In this document: positions 51,385 through 63,786 of the stretch, piece by piece
How positions within the stretch are numbered: the first letter of the stretch is position 1
Layout: the number at the start of each line of letters is the position of its first letter
Assembly: GCF_001194135.2 (NCBI RefSeq)
Contig: NC_068984.1
Location: 57,964,383 to 58,028,382 of the forward strand
Direction: 5' to 3'
Source of the DNA: Octopus bimaculoides
Lineage: Eukaryota
DNA: 64,000 nucleotides
Made by a program: the position numbers and the translations under genes
The notes under the pieces: generated by a model
The model's database searches: none
Told to the model about the DNA's origin: nothing
Seen by the model: only the letters and a program-made list of their open reading frames with translations

Positions 51385-51590
51385 GGTAGTAAAATGACAG
51401 AACTGTTAGATCATTGCAAAAAAAAAAAAAAAAAGCCTTGTGATATTTCTTCTGGCTCTTGTTTTGAATGGTCAATTTCACCTTCCTCTGGCATTTATAA
51501 AATGTAATATAAAAATATCAGTCAGGTACTGGAGTTGATCTAATCCTCTAACTCCTCTCAAATCTGAAAGCCTTGTGCCTATATTAGAAT
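51385..51590 (+). mobile_element. Old SINE family A
   Basis: gacagaactgttag...tactggagttgat...gccttgtgcctatattagaa. Confidence 0.55.
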
Positions 51591-51914
51591 TTTTTTCTCT
51601 TTTATTTGTTGAGTCTCATAGAAGGGGTTGTGCCCATGGTCTTTGTAGGCTGTGGGAGTGTGGGACAAGATCAATAAATTGAAATAGCTTGAACCCTGCT
51701 ATCTCCAAGGCACAGAGGCCATTATTAACATAATAGGAAAGGCAGAGAAGATAGCTTATCCAAGGGCTAAAGGCTGGAGCTTGTCTGTGAATGACCTTAT
51801 GACAGACAGTCAGATGGGTGGTTCTTTCAAATCTAGGATGTCTGGTGTACAGCAATAGAACTAAGATGTGGGTCTTATCTGAACTTTGTCGAGTATCATT
51901 TATTAATTATTTAT

Positions 51915-52110
51915 CAGGGCAATGGATTAGCAGAATTGTTAAAGCATCAAACAAAATGCTCTTTACATTCTGACTTTAAATCTTGTCAAGGACAACTTTG
52001 CTGTTCATCATTTCAGGGCTGTTAAAGTATGTACTAGTCAAGTACTAGGATCAATGTAATTGACTCCCCCTACCCCCAATTGTTGTCCTTGTACCTAAAT
52101 TTGAAACAAT
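51915..52110 (+). mobile_element. Old SINE family A
   Basis: gcagaattgttaaagc...caactttgc..ttcatc..ttcaggg...tactaggatcaatgtaattgact...ccttgtacctaaatttgaaac. Confidence 0.6.
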
Positions 52111-55100
52111 TATATATGTATGTATATTTATTCGTTATTACTTTTGTGAGTGATCAGCATGTATTTTTTTCTATTTTATATTCATGAATATAGCCTGAAT
52201 TAGAAATATATTCCCTTTAATTTGATTCCACCGCTATGTGGAGTGGGAGCAGATGTGTTTATTATAACCATTAGTTTATATCAAAAAAATTTTGGTACAT
52301 ACAATTACAAAAGTATTTTCACCTCATTAATATTAATATGTCATATCTTTTAATTGTTTTGTCTCTTGAATGTAACTTGATTACTCTGTAAATCCTATTT
52401 TGTATGTGCATTCTGGTTATGAAAAGAAAGGACATGGAAGTATCATTGTTTGCAGTTATATCATTAGAGATATAATTCCTAAACTGAAGCTGGCATAAAG
52501 GATGACCATAGAATTTAACTCAAACATTTTGTAAGGCATTTAGATATATGAACCATTGAAAAGCAAAAAGCAAAAAAGAATAGAATGGGTCATAGATCTC
52601 AAATGTTTGGTTGATTGTCCACTACTATGTCAAATTGGCCATCTGTACTTTCAGGTTATATGCAAGGGAACTAAAACAGAATAAGCAGTGATTAAGATGT
52701 TTTTATTTTATGTTCGTAATCATCATTCCTCTCTTTATTTATGAAGTTTTGGCAATGAAATTCAGTCAGTATTCAATTCTATATATAGAAAGCTTTGTTA
52801 TGTAACTGGTCCAGTTGTAACAGGAAAAGTATTGAAACCTAGAAATGATATTTTGGATCAAGGTTTGAAAAAGAATAGTGTCAAGAGCAAAGCATTCACG
52901 TTATGAACGTTTTAATCTTACGACTCCTAATGAAATGTTAAGACTCGTAAGAAGCGGGTAGGTTAAAAACTTGATATTTTACAATTAATATAGTTATTTC
53001 CATGCATAAGTTCTGTTAAATTACTGGGCAAGGCATTAACATTTTTAATCAAAGAAATAAGCATTTAATTTACTTTGCTGTTTCATCTAATAGTATAGTG
53101 TAAGGCTGGGGCAATGTTATTAAACTCTGAAGTATAAAAATTTATGGAGCTCTTGCATAGTTACACTGTTCAAAAAATTAACTTTACAGAAGGTGAAAGC
53201 TGATTTACAACAACAACTGAAGAAGTAAAGGCTTTGTATGATTCATTAGATATGCAACATGAACTTGAGAAAATTCCTGTATTAGAGGTATTTGTTATTT
53301 TATCTTTGAGAAATGCCATTGTTGATGTTTAATGAAAATATGTGTTGTAAGATTCAGTCTTTTATTTTTATTGATGCAGTCTATAAAGCTTGATTTGGTC
53401 AATAGCTGAAGTATTGATAGGGTAAGGACAACCTGCTATATTGAATTTGATATTTATGGAACCAATTTGGTGGAATTTTTATATATTATTAAACTTAACC
53501 ATTTTAAGGTTTGTGAACTCATATCTGCTGCAAACATTTTACATCTGGGGACAAGGAGCCAAATTTTGCACTGCCTCATTTTATCTAACTGGAGAATACG
53601 TACCATGATTTTCTTGTAATATTATTTCTCGATGAGTGTGGTTAGATTTCTCCAATCTGTTTAATAGAATCAAAACTGATGTTAAGCTGAACCCTGTGAA
53701 TCCTTTGTGGTTCATGAAACAATTAAGCTGGCTATATTACTGCTAGATTATATTTTCTTTTGATATTTGACTTTCGTTTTCAAAACTTCTGATACTGTTT
53801 ATTGTTATTCAGGCTGAATTGAATTAGTACTAAATACCTATTCATTGTTTAAGACTGAATTAATCAAGGAAATCTATTAAAAAATTAATACTAGTGAAAG
53901 GTTAAATTTTTTCCCCCAGCTTTTATATACTCAGTACTATTGTAAAAACAAAATTATAAATTAACTAACACCCATAGGATTTAATTATTGGCCTTATGAG
54001 TTATCTATCATTAATTTGTGAAATGTTTAGTTCAGACTAGTTTTCTTCAGGTTTCCTCTTGTCATTTGTTTTTCTGTTTAAACATTTTTACATTGGAAAA
54101 GTGAAAAAATGTTTAAAACGATGTCTGTTTGTCTTTGACTTAAACTAGTTAATCACTCTGAAGTATTTTTGTCAAAATTAGAACGGATAAGTTCTGTATA
54201 CTACTTTTTTGCATTTGTTTCTCTGTTACAGTTTGTTTGAAACCATTTACTTTATTTTATTTATTCTTTTGTTTGTTTTACACTGATGAGAGATAGCTCC
54301 AAAATGTTATTTCCAATGAAAATTAGAAACTATGAGCATATCAAACAACAATAAACACTTATTTTCTACTTGATATTTGCCATATCAAATTTTTAAAACG
54401 GTTGATATATTTTGGAACACATTTTTATGAAAAACATTATTCACTAATATAGTTTATCAATAATTTATGTGATATAATAAAAATGGAATTTAGAATTTTA
54501 TTAATTGCTTGAATTTGAGACTCATTTCAAAATAGATTGGATTATTTGAATGTTGTAAGAGTGCTTAGAATTTTCTGTAATTAAGCAATAATTAAAACAA
54601 GAATTAATTTAGTGGTTTAGCTGTTTGATTTAGAAATTTCAACAAAATGCACATAATTAACTTCCAAAAGTGGGCCACTGGTTGTTAAACTACGAAGTGA
54701 AAGTTGCTATTGCCTATTTTCAAGCATCCTTTTAAAAGGATTTGCAAGCGATCAAGAATGCTTTAGCAGTTAGATAAAGATTGTATATTTTCATTTGCTA
54801 ATTAGCTGCTTGAACAGCAGGAAATAAACGACAGTATTTTTTCAAGATGCATAATCTTATTGGATAATCAGAAAGAGACCATCTTGGATTTGGCTTTTGC
54901 TTATTCCAGAACTTCCATTTTTTTCACGTTATCAAAAAAATTCACAATTTCTACATCGTGTATGTGAATGAAATTTTTTATTTAAATTTGGAATAAAGCT
55001 CACACCATGTTTCCCGTTCAGTTAACATTGTAATAGCTACAATTAGAGGATGAGATGTGGAATAATTCTACATTATGGAGTGTCTTCAATACTGCCCCAG

Positions 55101-55454
55101 AGTAGCAAATGACTTCATTACCTTTGAAATACCTCCCTGTCAAGCTCTTGGCAAAGTATAGTGAAAGTTTACTTGATGTCTGTTTTAGTATTTTTCAAGT
55201 TTGCTTAAAGGTTCCTGAATATTATGAAGAAAATTCAATGAAAATTTTACTGAGCAAATAAAACTCATGTCTCAAAACCAGTAAGAAAAAGCTATTATTC
55301 ATTGGTATTTCAGTGTAGATGAATGTGAATGAGAAGCTGCAATTTAAATTATTTTAAATGCTTTTCATTAATTAATATTTTGTTATTTTTTTTCAATGTT
55401 AAAATATTAAAAATGTTAATTTTAGTTCCTTCAAAACCTGGAAAAAATATTTGC

Positions 55455-55492
<38 letters not shown>

Positions 55493-56339
55493 TGCGCATG
55501 CGCGCGTGCATATGGATTCATTCTTAACCTTATATAAACTCCTGTTAGTTTCAGTTCAGTGTTCTATTATATTCTCTCTACTAATCTCTATTCAGGAAAA
55601 TAGTGAAGATTAAGAATGGAGTATGAACACAATTCCTTTAGGTATTTGTGTATGTGTGTGTTATATAAATTATATATATTTGTAAATGGAATCAAATACA
55701 TAAGTTAATTTGACATCAGGAACAAAGTTATTGAAAACATACATTTTTCAGAACATTTGTATATTTGTGACTAGTAAACTTTACAATCTGTTTGATAAAA
55801 AATTGTTTTATTCTTTAGCTAAGAAATCAAAACTTTTAATGATGGAAATTAATAAAGTCTTATGTGTATGAGATATTAATAGGTAGGTTTTAAGTAATGT
55901 TTAAACTGGTGGGTTTTTTTCTCTCCTCAGTTTTGAGATTAAACAATTTTGTCTGAAATAATACATTTAATGATTTTCCTTCCTCATAAAATTATTTCTG
56001 ACTTTATATTAAATAAATAAGACTTCAAATGAATTTTTACAAAACATGAACCATTTATTTCAATAATTTAAATCTTTTATCTAAACTGTTTGAAAAATAA
56101 GTAACAAATACCATACTTGTATGTAAACCCGTACAATTTAAAGATTCTGGTGTATATAATATAAGTATCACATTTTTTATAACTGTTGTAAGAAACAATG
56201 TAGAATGCATGCAAATAAATAAATAAAAAATTGAACTTGCATGAAGACAACCCTTAAGAGAACTGATTATAAGACAGAAAGGGGATGTTAGTCTAGTCCA
56301 GTTGTTCTTAATTTTTTGACTGGAGATACAAAAATTACA

Positions 56340-56525
56340 GGTACACTGAGGGATTTGTAACTGATTAAATAGGCTTCAATACTTGATTGAAACTGGTACA
56401 TTTTTCTATTCTCCTCTTCCCAGAAGGTTGAAAGATAAAGTGACCTTGGGAGGATTTGAAACCTGAATGTAAAAGAACAGGAGCAAATACTTCAAAATAT
56501 CTTGTCACTGCTCTAAAGATTCTGT
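56340..56525 (-). mobile_element. Old SINE family A
   Basis: aactggtac...gaaagataaagtgaccttgggaggatttgaaacc. Confidence 0.55.
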
Positions 56526-58444
56526 TATTCATCGAACTATTCATTGTTAGGAAATAATATATAGATGTTTTATTCTACTGAGAGATGTATATATAATAGA
56601 ACAACTTAGAAAAATGAATATATAATTTTATTTTCATAAGCTATTTATGTTATTCCATTGAAGTTATACTAAAAAATCAACATTATTTTTTAATTTTATC
56701 TGTGGCATTTTGCTTGTTAAAATTTTTGAAAAATATCTTTCATTTTACCCTTTTTTTTTTTGTATTTTCAGTTTCTGTCATTCCAATAAATTTGATATTT
56801 ACTATGTTAACCTCAGGTTTACATAAAATACACTATAATAAATTTAGTCTCCTCTTTTATTTTGCAGTTTATTGTAATGTCATTTGAAGAAAAAAATTAG
56901 ATTGCAAGAGTAATTTTCTTATTTGTTGTAACCTGCTTGACCAGATTAGATTAGTTTTAAAAGAGGAAGTTTGATATTTTTCTTTTGCAGAGTTGTGATG
57001 TACATGCATACATACATGTGTGTGTGTACTGTTTAACAAGAAAGCAAAAAAAAAGAAAAAAGAAAAAAAAAATCATGCATTTTTATACTTTTTGAAAAAT
57101 CTAGCAGATAAGATCTTAACTTCTAAAGGCAGTAAACTGTACTAACAAAAGATTGATTTTTTGATGGTTCTCAGAGTTGAAACTAAATTCCCTTAAATGA
57201 AAACAAGGAAAATAATTTTAAGTGTATTAATTTATATTGTGTAGTTGGTTATAATGAATACTATGGGAATTAAATCAGTGCTCAAGACTATGTTTAATGA
57301 AACTTTTAAAGCAGTTATTGCATTCTGGAAATATATATTGTGCTGCTTTCAAATTACAATAGAAAATAAATATATTTATTAAATGGTTTCAAATTAGTTT
57401 GTAAACTGCTGAACACAGGTTTTCATTAATCATGAGTAAGTGTAGAACAAACTATTATAAATTGGAAAACAGCCTTATAGAAAACATCAATGAAGTTGAA
57501 AAGAAAATTCTTTGAAAAATATGTGCAAATTTTTATATTATAGTTGAAGACTAACATTCAACTAACATTGAACTAACATTAAAAATTTTTTAAAATAATG
57601 TTTAGTTTCACAACTTTAATGTATTAATTCATTATAGTTCAATATTTGAAATGTATTTTTTTTATGATTATAAGAAATGTGAAATAGATAAAGGTGCAAC
57701 ATTGGGTTTCTTTATCATGAAATCTTTTCTATTGATTTGACTTCACTTATACCAAAACATTATTGACTTTGCATGTAAATCCTCCTAATATAATTATGAT
57801 TTCATTGCAAGCTATCCAGTTAAAAAATCTTAATTATTCTTCAGTGACAGCTGTAAACTTGACCAGGTGTGGGTTACTGTATTTTTGAGAAAAGTTTTCA
57901 CATATTTAGATTATTTTCATTTATTCTGTTGTCATAGATTTAATAAACTGTTTATGGCTTTTTTTTTTGTAAGTGGTTAAAATAAGGTCCTTTTTTTTTA
58001 GTTCATGACATTTTTGTTGAAGGTAAAAGTAGAAAACAGTCGCAAGTTAGTTTTCTGAAATGTTCACACTGTGCTATTTATTAAATTACTTTGATTTCTT
58101 TATTGCCTGCAAAACTGTATCATAAGTAATGTGTCGTGTGCTATTTTGAAATATTGAGTATGGTTCTTTTATATATATGGTTGTGCACATAAATCAATAC
58201 ATTCATGAAGTCTGTATATGAAGTGCTTGTCTTTTTAGTAGAGTTACATCTATATTAATAAAATTGATTTGGTACCACAGAGGTGTCAGTTTATCAGTAC
58301 ATGTCAGCCTGCTATAGTCAATACACCCTCCTCCTTCAACTAGGCCTACAAAGATTTTACCTTTCTCAGCAGGTAAACTTTTTACTTGGTCCATGTTACC
58401 ATGGCGACTAGACTAAAGGCTGAAATGGGAGAGGGAGGGAGGGG

Positions 58445-58534
58445 GCGTGTGTGTGCATGTGTATGTAAATATGTGTTTATGTTGGGTGAAGGAGTATATA
58501 TATATATATGTGTATGTGTGTGTGTGTGTATACA

Positions 58535-58580
<46 letters not shown>

Positions 58581-58717
58581 ATCATCATCATATATATATA
58601 TATACATATATATGTGTGTATATATATATATACGTATATATATGTGTGTATATATATATACGTATATATATATATTTGTGTATATATATGTATATATATA
58701 TGTATATATATAGGTAT

Positions 58718-58762
<45 letters not shown>
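58445..58762. repeat. Compound microsatellite (TG/TA/ATC)
   Basis: Direct reading; the (ATC)n is the tail of the adjacent RTE-type insertion. Confidence 0.95.
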
Positions 58763-58824
58763 GTTTAACGTCCGCTTTCCATGCTAGCATGGGTTGGACG
58801 ATTTGACTGAGGATTGGTGCAACC
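58718..58824 (-). mobile_element. RTE-family 3' end, running into an assembly gap
   Basis: (ATC)n-gtttaacgtccgctttccatgctagcatgggttggacg is the reverse complement of the 6480-6537 type tail. Confidence 0.85.
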
Positions 58825-59393
58825 NNNNNNNNNNNNNNNNNNNNNNNNNNNNNNNNNNNNNNNNNNNNNNNNNNNNNNNNNNNNNNNNNNNNNNNNNNNN
58901 NNNNNNNNNNNNNNNNNNNNNNNNNNNNNNNNNNNNNNNNNNNNNNNNNNNNNNNNNNNNNNNNNNNNNNNNNNNNNNNNNNNNNNNNNNNNNNNNNNNN
59001 NNNNNNNNNNNNNNNNNNNNNNNNNNNNNNNNNNNNNNNNNNNNNNNNNNNNNNNNNNNNNNNNNNNNNNNNNNNNNNNNNNNNNNNNNNNNNNNNNNNN
59101 NNNNNNNNNNNNNNNNNNNNNNNNNNNNNNNNNNNNNNNNNNNNNNNNNNNNNNNNNNNNNNNNNNNNNNNNNNNNNNNNNNNNNNNNNNNNNNNNNNNN
59201 NNNNNNATATATGTATATGTGTATATATATATATGTATATGTGTATATATATATATGTATATGTGTATATATATATATATGTATATATGTTTATATAAAA
59301 GCAAGACAAATGCGAAATAATGAGGTAACTTATGAGCTTTAATGTTAGCTCGTAAGTTACCTCATTATTTCACATTTGTCTTGCTTTTATATG

Positions 59394-59488
59394 TTGACTC
59401 CCTGAAGATGAATATATGTGGAATTCCAGCAGCTCTTACTTCTTTGGAGGAGAGCACACATATATTTTGAAACACGTGTAGGAATTAA
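59394..59488 (+). ncRNA. Type I hammerhead ribozyme (PLE-associated type)
   Basis: Stem I ttgactcc/ggaattaa; CUGAAGA at 59402-59408; long stem II aatatatgtg/cacatatatt; GAAA at 59469-59472; palindromic stem III C-ACGT-G; GUA cleavage triplet at 59478-59480. Confidence 0.75.
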
Positions 59489-59564
59489 AGGAACTTTTAT
59501 TTATATGCGTTTTGCTCCATTTATTGTTATTATTCATATGTATATATATATAAACACATGTATA

Positions 59565-60600
59565 TTGTCCTTGCACAGGGGCCATTCATACTCCTGTCTT
59601 CACCATGAGCAGGGATTAATCTTCTCTCTTCGCTCCTTTGCGCCACATGGGCTCAACCCTCTTCCCCTCTTCTTCTAACCCTCCTTGTCTCTCCTTTCTT
59701 CCTCTCACACCTACTTTCTCCCACCCACTTCAATTGCTGTGGCACCTACTTCCTCTCTTTACTCCTTCTCACCTCCACCCTTCCACTCTCTTCCTCGTTA
59801 CCCCACCTCTACACATTCCAACCCACCATCCCTATACTATCCCTTCTAGCTGTTCTTCCCACCCACACCCCATCCTTTAGACCCCAACCCTTGCTTCCAC
59901 CACTCTCNNNNNNNNNNNNNNNNNNNNNNNNNNNNNNNNNNNNNNNNNNNNNNNNNNNNNNNNNNNNNNNNNNNNNNNNNNNNNNNNNNNNNNNNNNNNN
60001 NNNNNNNNNNNNNNNNNNNNNNNNNNNNNNNNNNNNNNNNNNNNNNNNNNNNNNNNNNNNNNNNNNNNNNNNNNNCCAACACCACCACACCATACACCAC
60101 CACATGACACACCACCACATCACATCACACCATCACACCACCACATCACATTACACCACCCCACACACACTAGCCCTGAACACTTCCCAGCACCAACACC
60201 AGCGCACACACTAGCACTGACCACTTCCCAGTACCTACACAATCATCCACACACACATGCTCACACACATGTCAAGGTCACCAGCCCCCTTCCACATGCA
60301 CATATACACTCTCACATATGCACGCGCACCTTCGTTTTGGGATCACCACCACTTTATTATCTCCCCTTCTTCCTAGCTCTCATGTGTAGCCCCTATGCCT
60401 GGCATTCGCCATGATAGATTGGTAACCAGTAAACTTTTTTCTATTTTCTTGCCCTGTTTATTTCTGTGTTCCTTTCTGTCGAAGAGCGTAGGCTCGAAAC
60501 GTAAAAGACTTTCTCACTTCCCGAGCGTTAAGCTAAAACATCTGCTTGTTGTTTACACACCTGTCTTCGTCTTTTGTTTTTTTGTAAATTCTCACTATAT
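59565..60600 (+). mobile_element. 5'-truncated Penelope-like element: GIY-YIG C-terminus plus 3' UTR with hammerhead-like end
   Basis: HEQGLIFSLRSFAPHGLN (~59600-59660) matches the PLE endonuclease C-terminal motif (REQ..IF.L.TL.P.GLN). A pyrimidine/CA-rich UTR follows, then the end motif shared with 22700-22825. Confidence 0.65.
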
Positions 60601-60606
60601 AGATAC

Positions 60607-60659
<53 letters not shown>

Positions 60660-61665
60660 GTATATATCTATGTTTATATATATGTATNNNNNNNNNNNNN
60701 NNNNNNNNNNNNNNNNNNNNNNNNNNNNNNNNNNNNNNNNNNNNNNNNNNNNNNNNNNNNNNNNNNNNNNNNNNNNNNNNNNNNNNNNNNNNNNNNNNNN
60801 NNNNNNNNNNNNNNNNNNNNNNNNNNNNNNNNNNNNNNNNNNNNNNNNNNNNNNNNNNNNNNNNNNNNNNNNNNNNNNNNNNNNNNNNNNNNNNNNNNNN
60901 NNNNNNNNNNNNNNNNNNNNNNNNNNNNNNNNNNNNNNNNNNNNNNNNNNNNNNNNNNNNNNNNNNNNNNNNNNNNNNNNNNNNNNNNNNNNNNNNNNNN
61001 NNNNNNNNNNNNNNNNNNNNNNNNNNNNNNNNNNNNNNNNNNNNNNNNNNNNNNNNNNNNNNNNNNNNNNNNNNNNNNNNNNNNNNNNNNNNNNNNNNNN
61101 NNNNNNNNNNNNNNNNNNNNNNNNNNNNNNNNNNNNNNNNNNNNNNNNNNNNNNNNNNNNNNNNNNNNNNNNNNNNNNNNNNNNNNNNNNNNNNNNNNNN
61201 NNNNNNNNNNNNNNNNNNNNNNNNNNNNNNNNNNNNNNNNNNNNNNNNNNNNNNNNNNNNNNNNNNNNNNNNNNNNNNNNNNNNNNNNNNNNNNNNNNNN
61301 NNNNNNNNNNNNNNNNNNNNNNNNNNNNNNNNNNNNNNNNNNNNNNNNNNNNNNNNNNNNNNNNNNNNNNNNNNNNNNNNNNNNNNNNNNNNNNNNNNNN
61401 NNNNNNNNNNNNNNNNNNNNNNNNNNNNNNNNNNNNNNNNNNNNNNNNNNNNNNNNNNNNNNNNNNNNNNNNNNNNNNNNNNNNNNNNNNNNNNNNNNNN
61501 NNNNNNNNNNNNNNNNNNNNNATGTATCCAAGACTCATACACATACACATAGCTATACATCTACGCCTATTACCTAATAAAATAAACAGATACGCATATA
61601 CATATACATACATGTATACATACGTAAACACAATATATATATATGTATATACATGTGTGTATATA

Positions 61666-63560
61666 TCTTAATATATAAAATCCCTTCTGTCTCTGTTTGT
61701 GCTCTTGTCACTCGAGTATTGTTCATCCGATCATGCTGAAATTTTAATCATGGATACATGAGAGAGCGGGGCATTCCGTAATCTAAAAAGATTTTCAAAA
61801 TTGTTAGTTTCAAAGTGAGAATCGCTATTTTTGTAATCTTTTTGTCCTGTTTGTTCCACTACTAATAGCAACCAGTTGCTCAGTCAGCCGGGACATACCA
61901 TTTCACTAGCAACAAGGGGTGTACAGGATGGCAGTCAGCCAAAACCGTTGCTATGCTGTCTCTCTTCTTTCCTCTCTCTGTGGAGTTAATAAATCTTAAT
62001 CTTTAGTTACAGTTTCTCATTCAAACTACATAATAAGCAGAATTGTTGGATTAAGACAGTAGGGTGTTTTGAGGGAGATTTGGCTGCTAGTTTTACCAGG
62101 TCTAGCTACCATGTAGAGGTTTCCCTCATTGGCTTATACATACATATATACATAAAATCGAAATAAAATACTTAAAGCAACAGGCGTCAAATACAAAAGC
62201 CAAGGTCCATGCAGTGTGATGGGCCAAAAAGATTTCCAACTTCTTGCCTAATGCGAGCCCAGAGCAATCTCTTACAGTATTTCAGTATTACATCTGTATT
62301 GTAATTTGAGATACTGTCCTATATATATATATATTCTTTACACATTCCAAAACCGAGTTGCAGATTTTTATGTATGGGGTATCAAAGGATTCAATACTAT
62401 TTTGGCTACAAATTTAACTTAATTTCCATTCACATATTTGCATTTAACAAATTTAACATAATCTTTTCTATAAATCAATTGTCGTAAACATTTTATACGA
62501 TGACGTCACATTTTCTATATGTGTGCGTGTACCTTAAAAGACGTCAGTCATCACTACACACACTTTCACTCACTCTATCTCTCTTTCTCACTGTCTTTCT
62601 CTCTCACACACGCATACATGCACATGCACACACACACACATTTCATATAGACATACATACATCTTTCAATTTCTTTCTGTTCTCGACGCTTTCTCTTTTA
62701 ATTCCTGCTCTCCTCAAATAAAATTTTTACGGATACAACTGCTTACAAAAATTGGGATTAATGTATAATTTGTTTCTATGTTCATAATATTTTGTTTACA
62801 ATATTGGAAAAAATGTGCCACCAAAGAAAAGATGTAATCTCTCCAGAAACAAGTATAAAGCAAGGAGGATTGCAGAAAAGTGAAGGCGAGAGTCTGAAGA
62901 GAGAAGCTAGATGAGATTTTCTCAAGATCAGCAAATGCATGTTGCAGGACTTTATGTTGGATCATTAAATCAATGCAGACTACATACAAGTTTGTTCTTA
63001 ACAACTCCTGAAGCTGTTTTCAGATATGATCCATCCCATTCTTATAAAAATAATAACTCTGTCCAAATTGGTGTGCTAAACACAAATTGTCTTTTCTGTA
63101 GAGCTTTAAAATTTTCAAATGAAAGAAATGGTATGTGCTGCTCAGGCGGTCAGGTAACATTGCCAGCACTCCAGCTCCTTCTCAACCTCTTATGGATCTT
63201 CTAGAAGGCATTTCTAGTCAGTCAAAGGATTTTCTGAAAAATATCAGACAATACAACTCTGCAAATGACATCATTTGGTGCATCTAAGTAGATAGATAAA
63301 CTCGAATTTACGACGAAGTCAAAGTTCAAGAGCAAATCTATCACGTCATTGGATCCCTATTACTCACAAATGAACAACCACAGTTCCTCCAAATTTACTT
63401 TATGTGTGATATAGGACAAGAAACCCGAAGGAGGTGTCAACATTTCAGATGATGGGTTGTGTTAGACACAGTGCCGACTGCTGGATAAAAGAGTATATGC
63501 ACTGACAGCTTTTCAGTGCGTTCAAAATTCACATAAACCCCACAGGTTAGGTCCTGAAAT
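61666..63560 (+). mobile_element. Helitron remnant with degenerate RepHel N-terminus (62911-63450)
   Basis: A|TC 5' end (tcttaatatataaaa). QIGVLNTNCLFCRALKFSNERNGMCCSGGQVTLPAL, SKDFLKNIRQYNS..QMTSFGA and KVQEQIYHVIGSL...PQFLQIYF are typical RepHel N-terminal motifs. Confidence 0.8.
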
Positions 63561-63786
63561 ACTCCAAACAGACACATAGCATGTTATTAGTCGAATTAGC
63601 CCATCATTTACTCCACAAACATTTTCTTGTCAATGCTACAATTTCCCATATCACCAGTTTTAACATAATTATAATATATTAAATACAAACTATGGCATTT
63701 TAATCCTGAGCAACACCAAGTATCTCTTCTAGTATGTATATATATGTATACATACATACATACATACATAAATATATAGGGATTGA

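Noticed and set aside
54272-54315. CTGATGA-GAG-atag-CTC-CAAA hammerhead-like string
   Set aside because: G12 is replaced by C and there is no stem I pairing.
23719-61671. Long X-rich ORFs in the track (e.g. 27753-28440, 44870-45972, 58758-59342, 60528-61671)
   Set aside because: Artefacts of N-gaps at 23901-24086, 27833-28410, 31971-32139, 42953-42995, 44929-45862, 58825-59206, 59908-60075 and 60688-61520.
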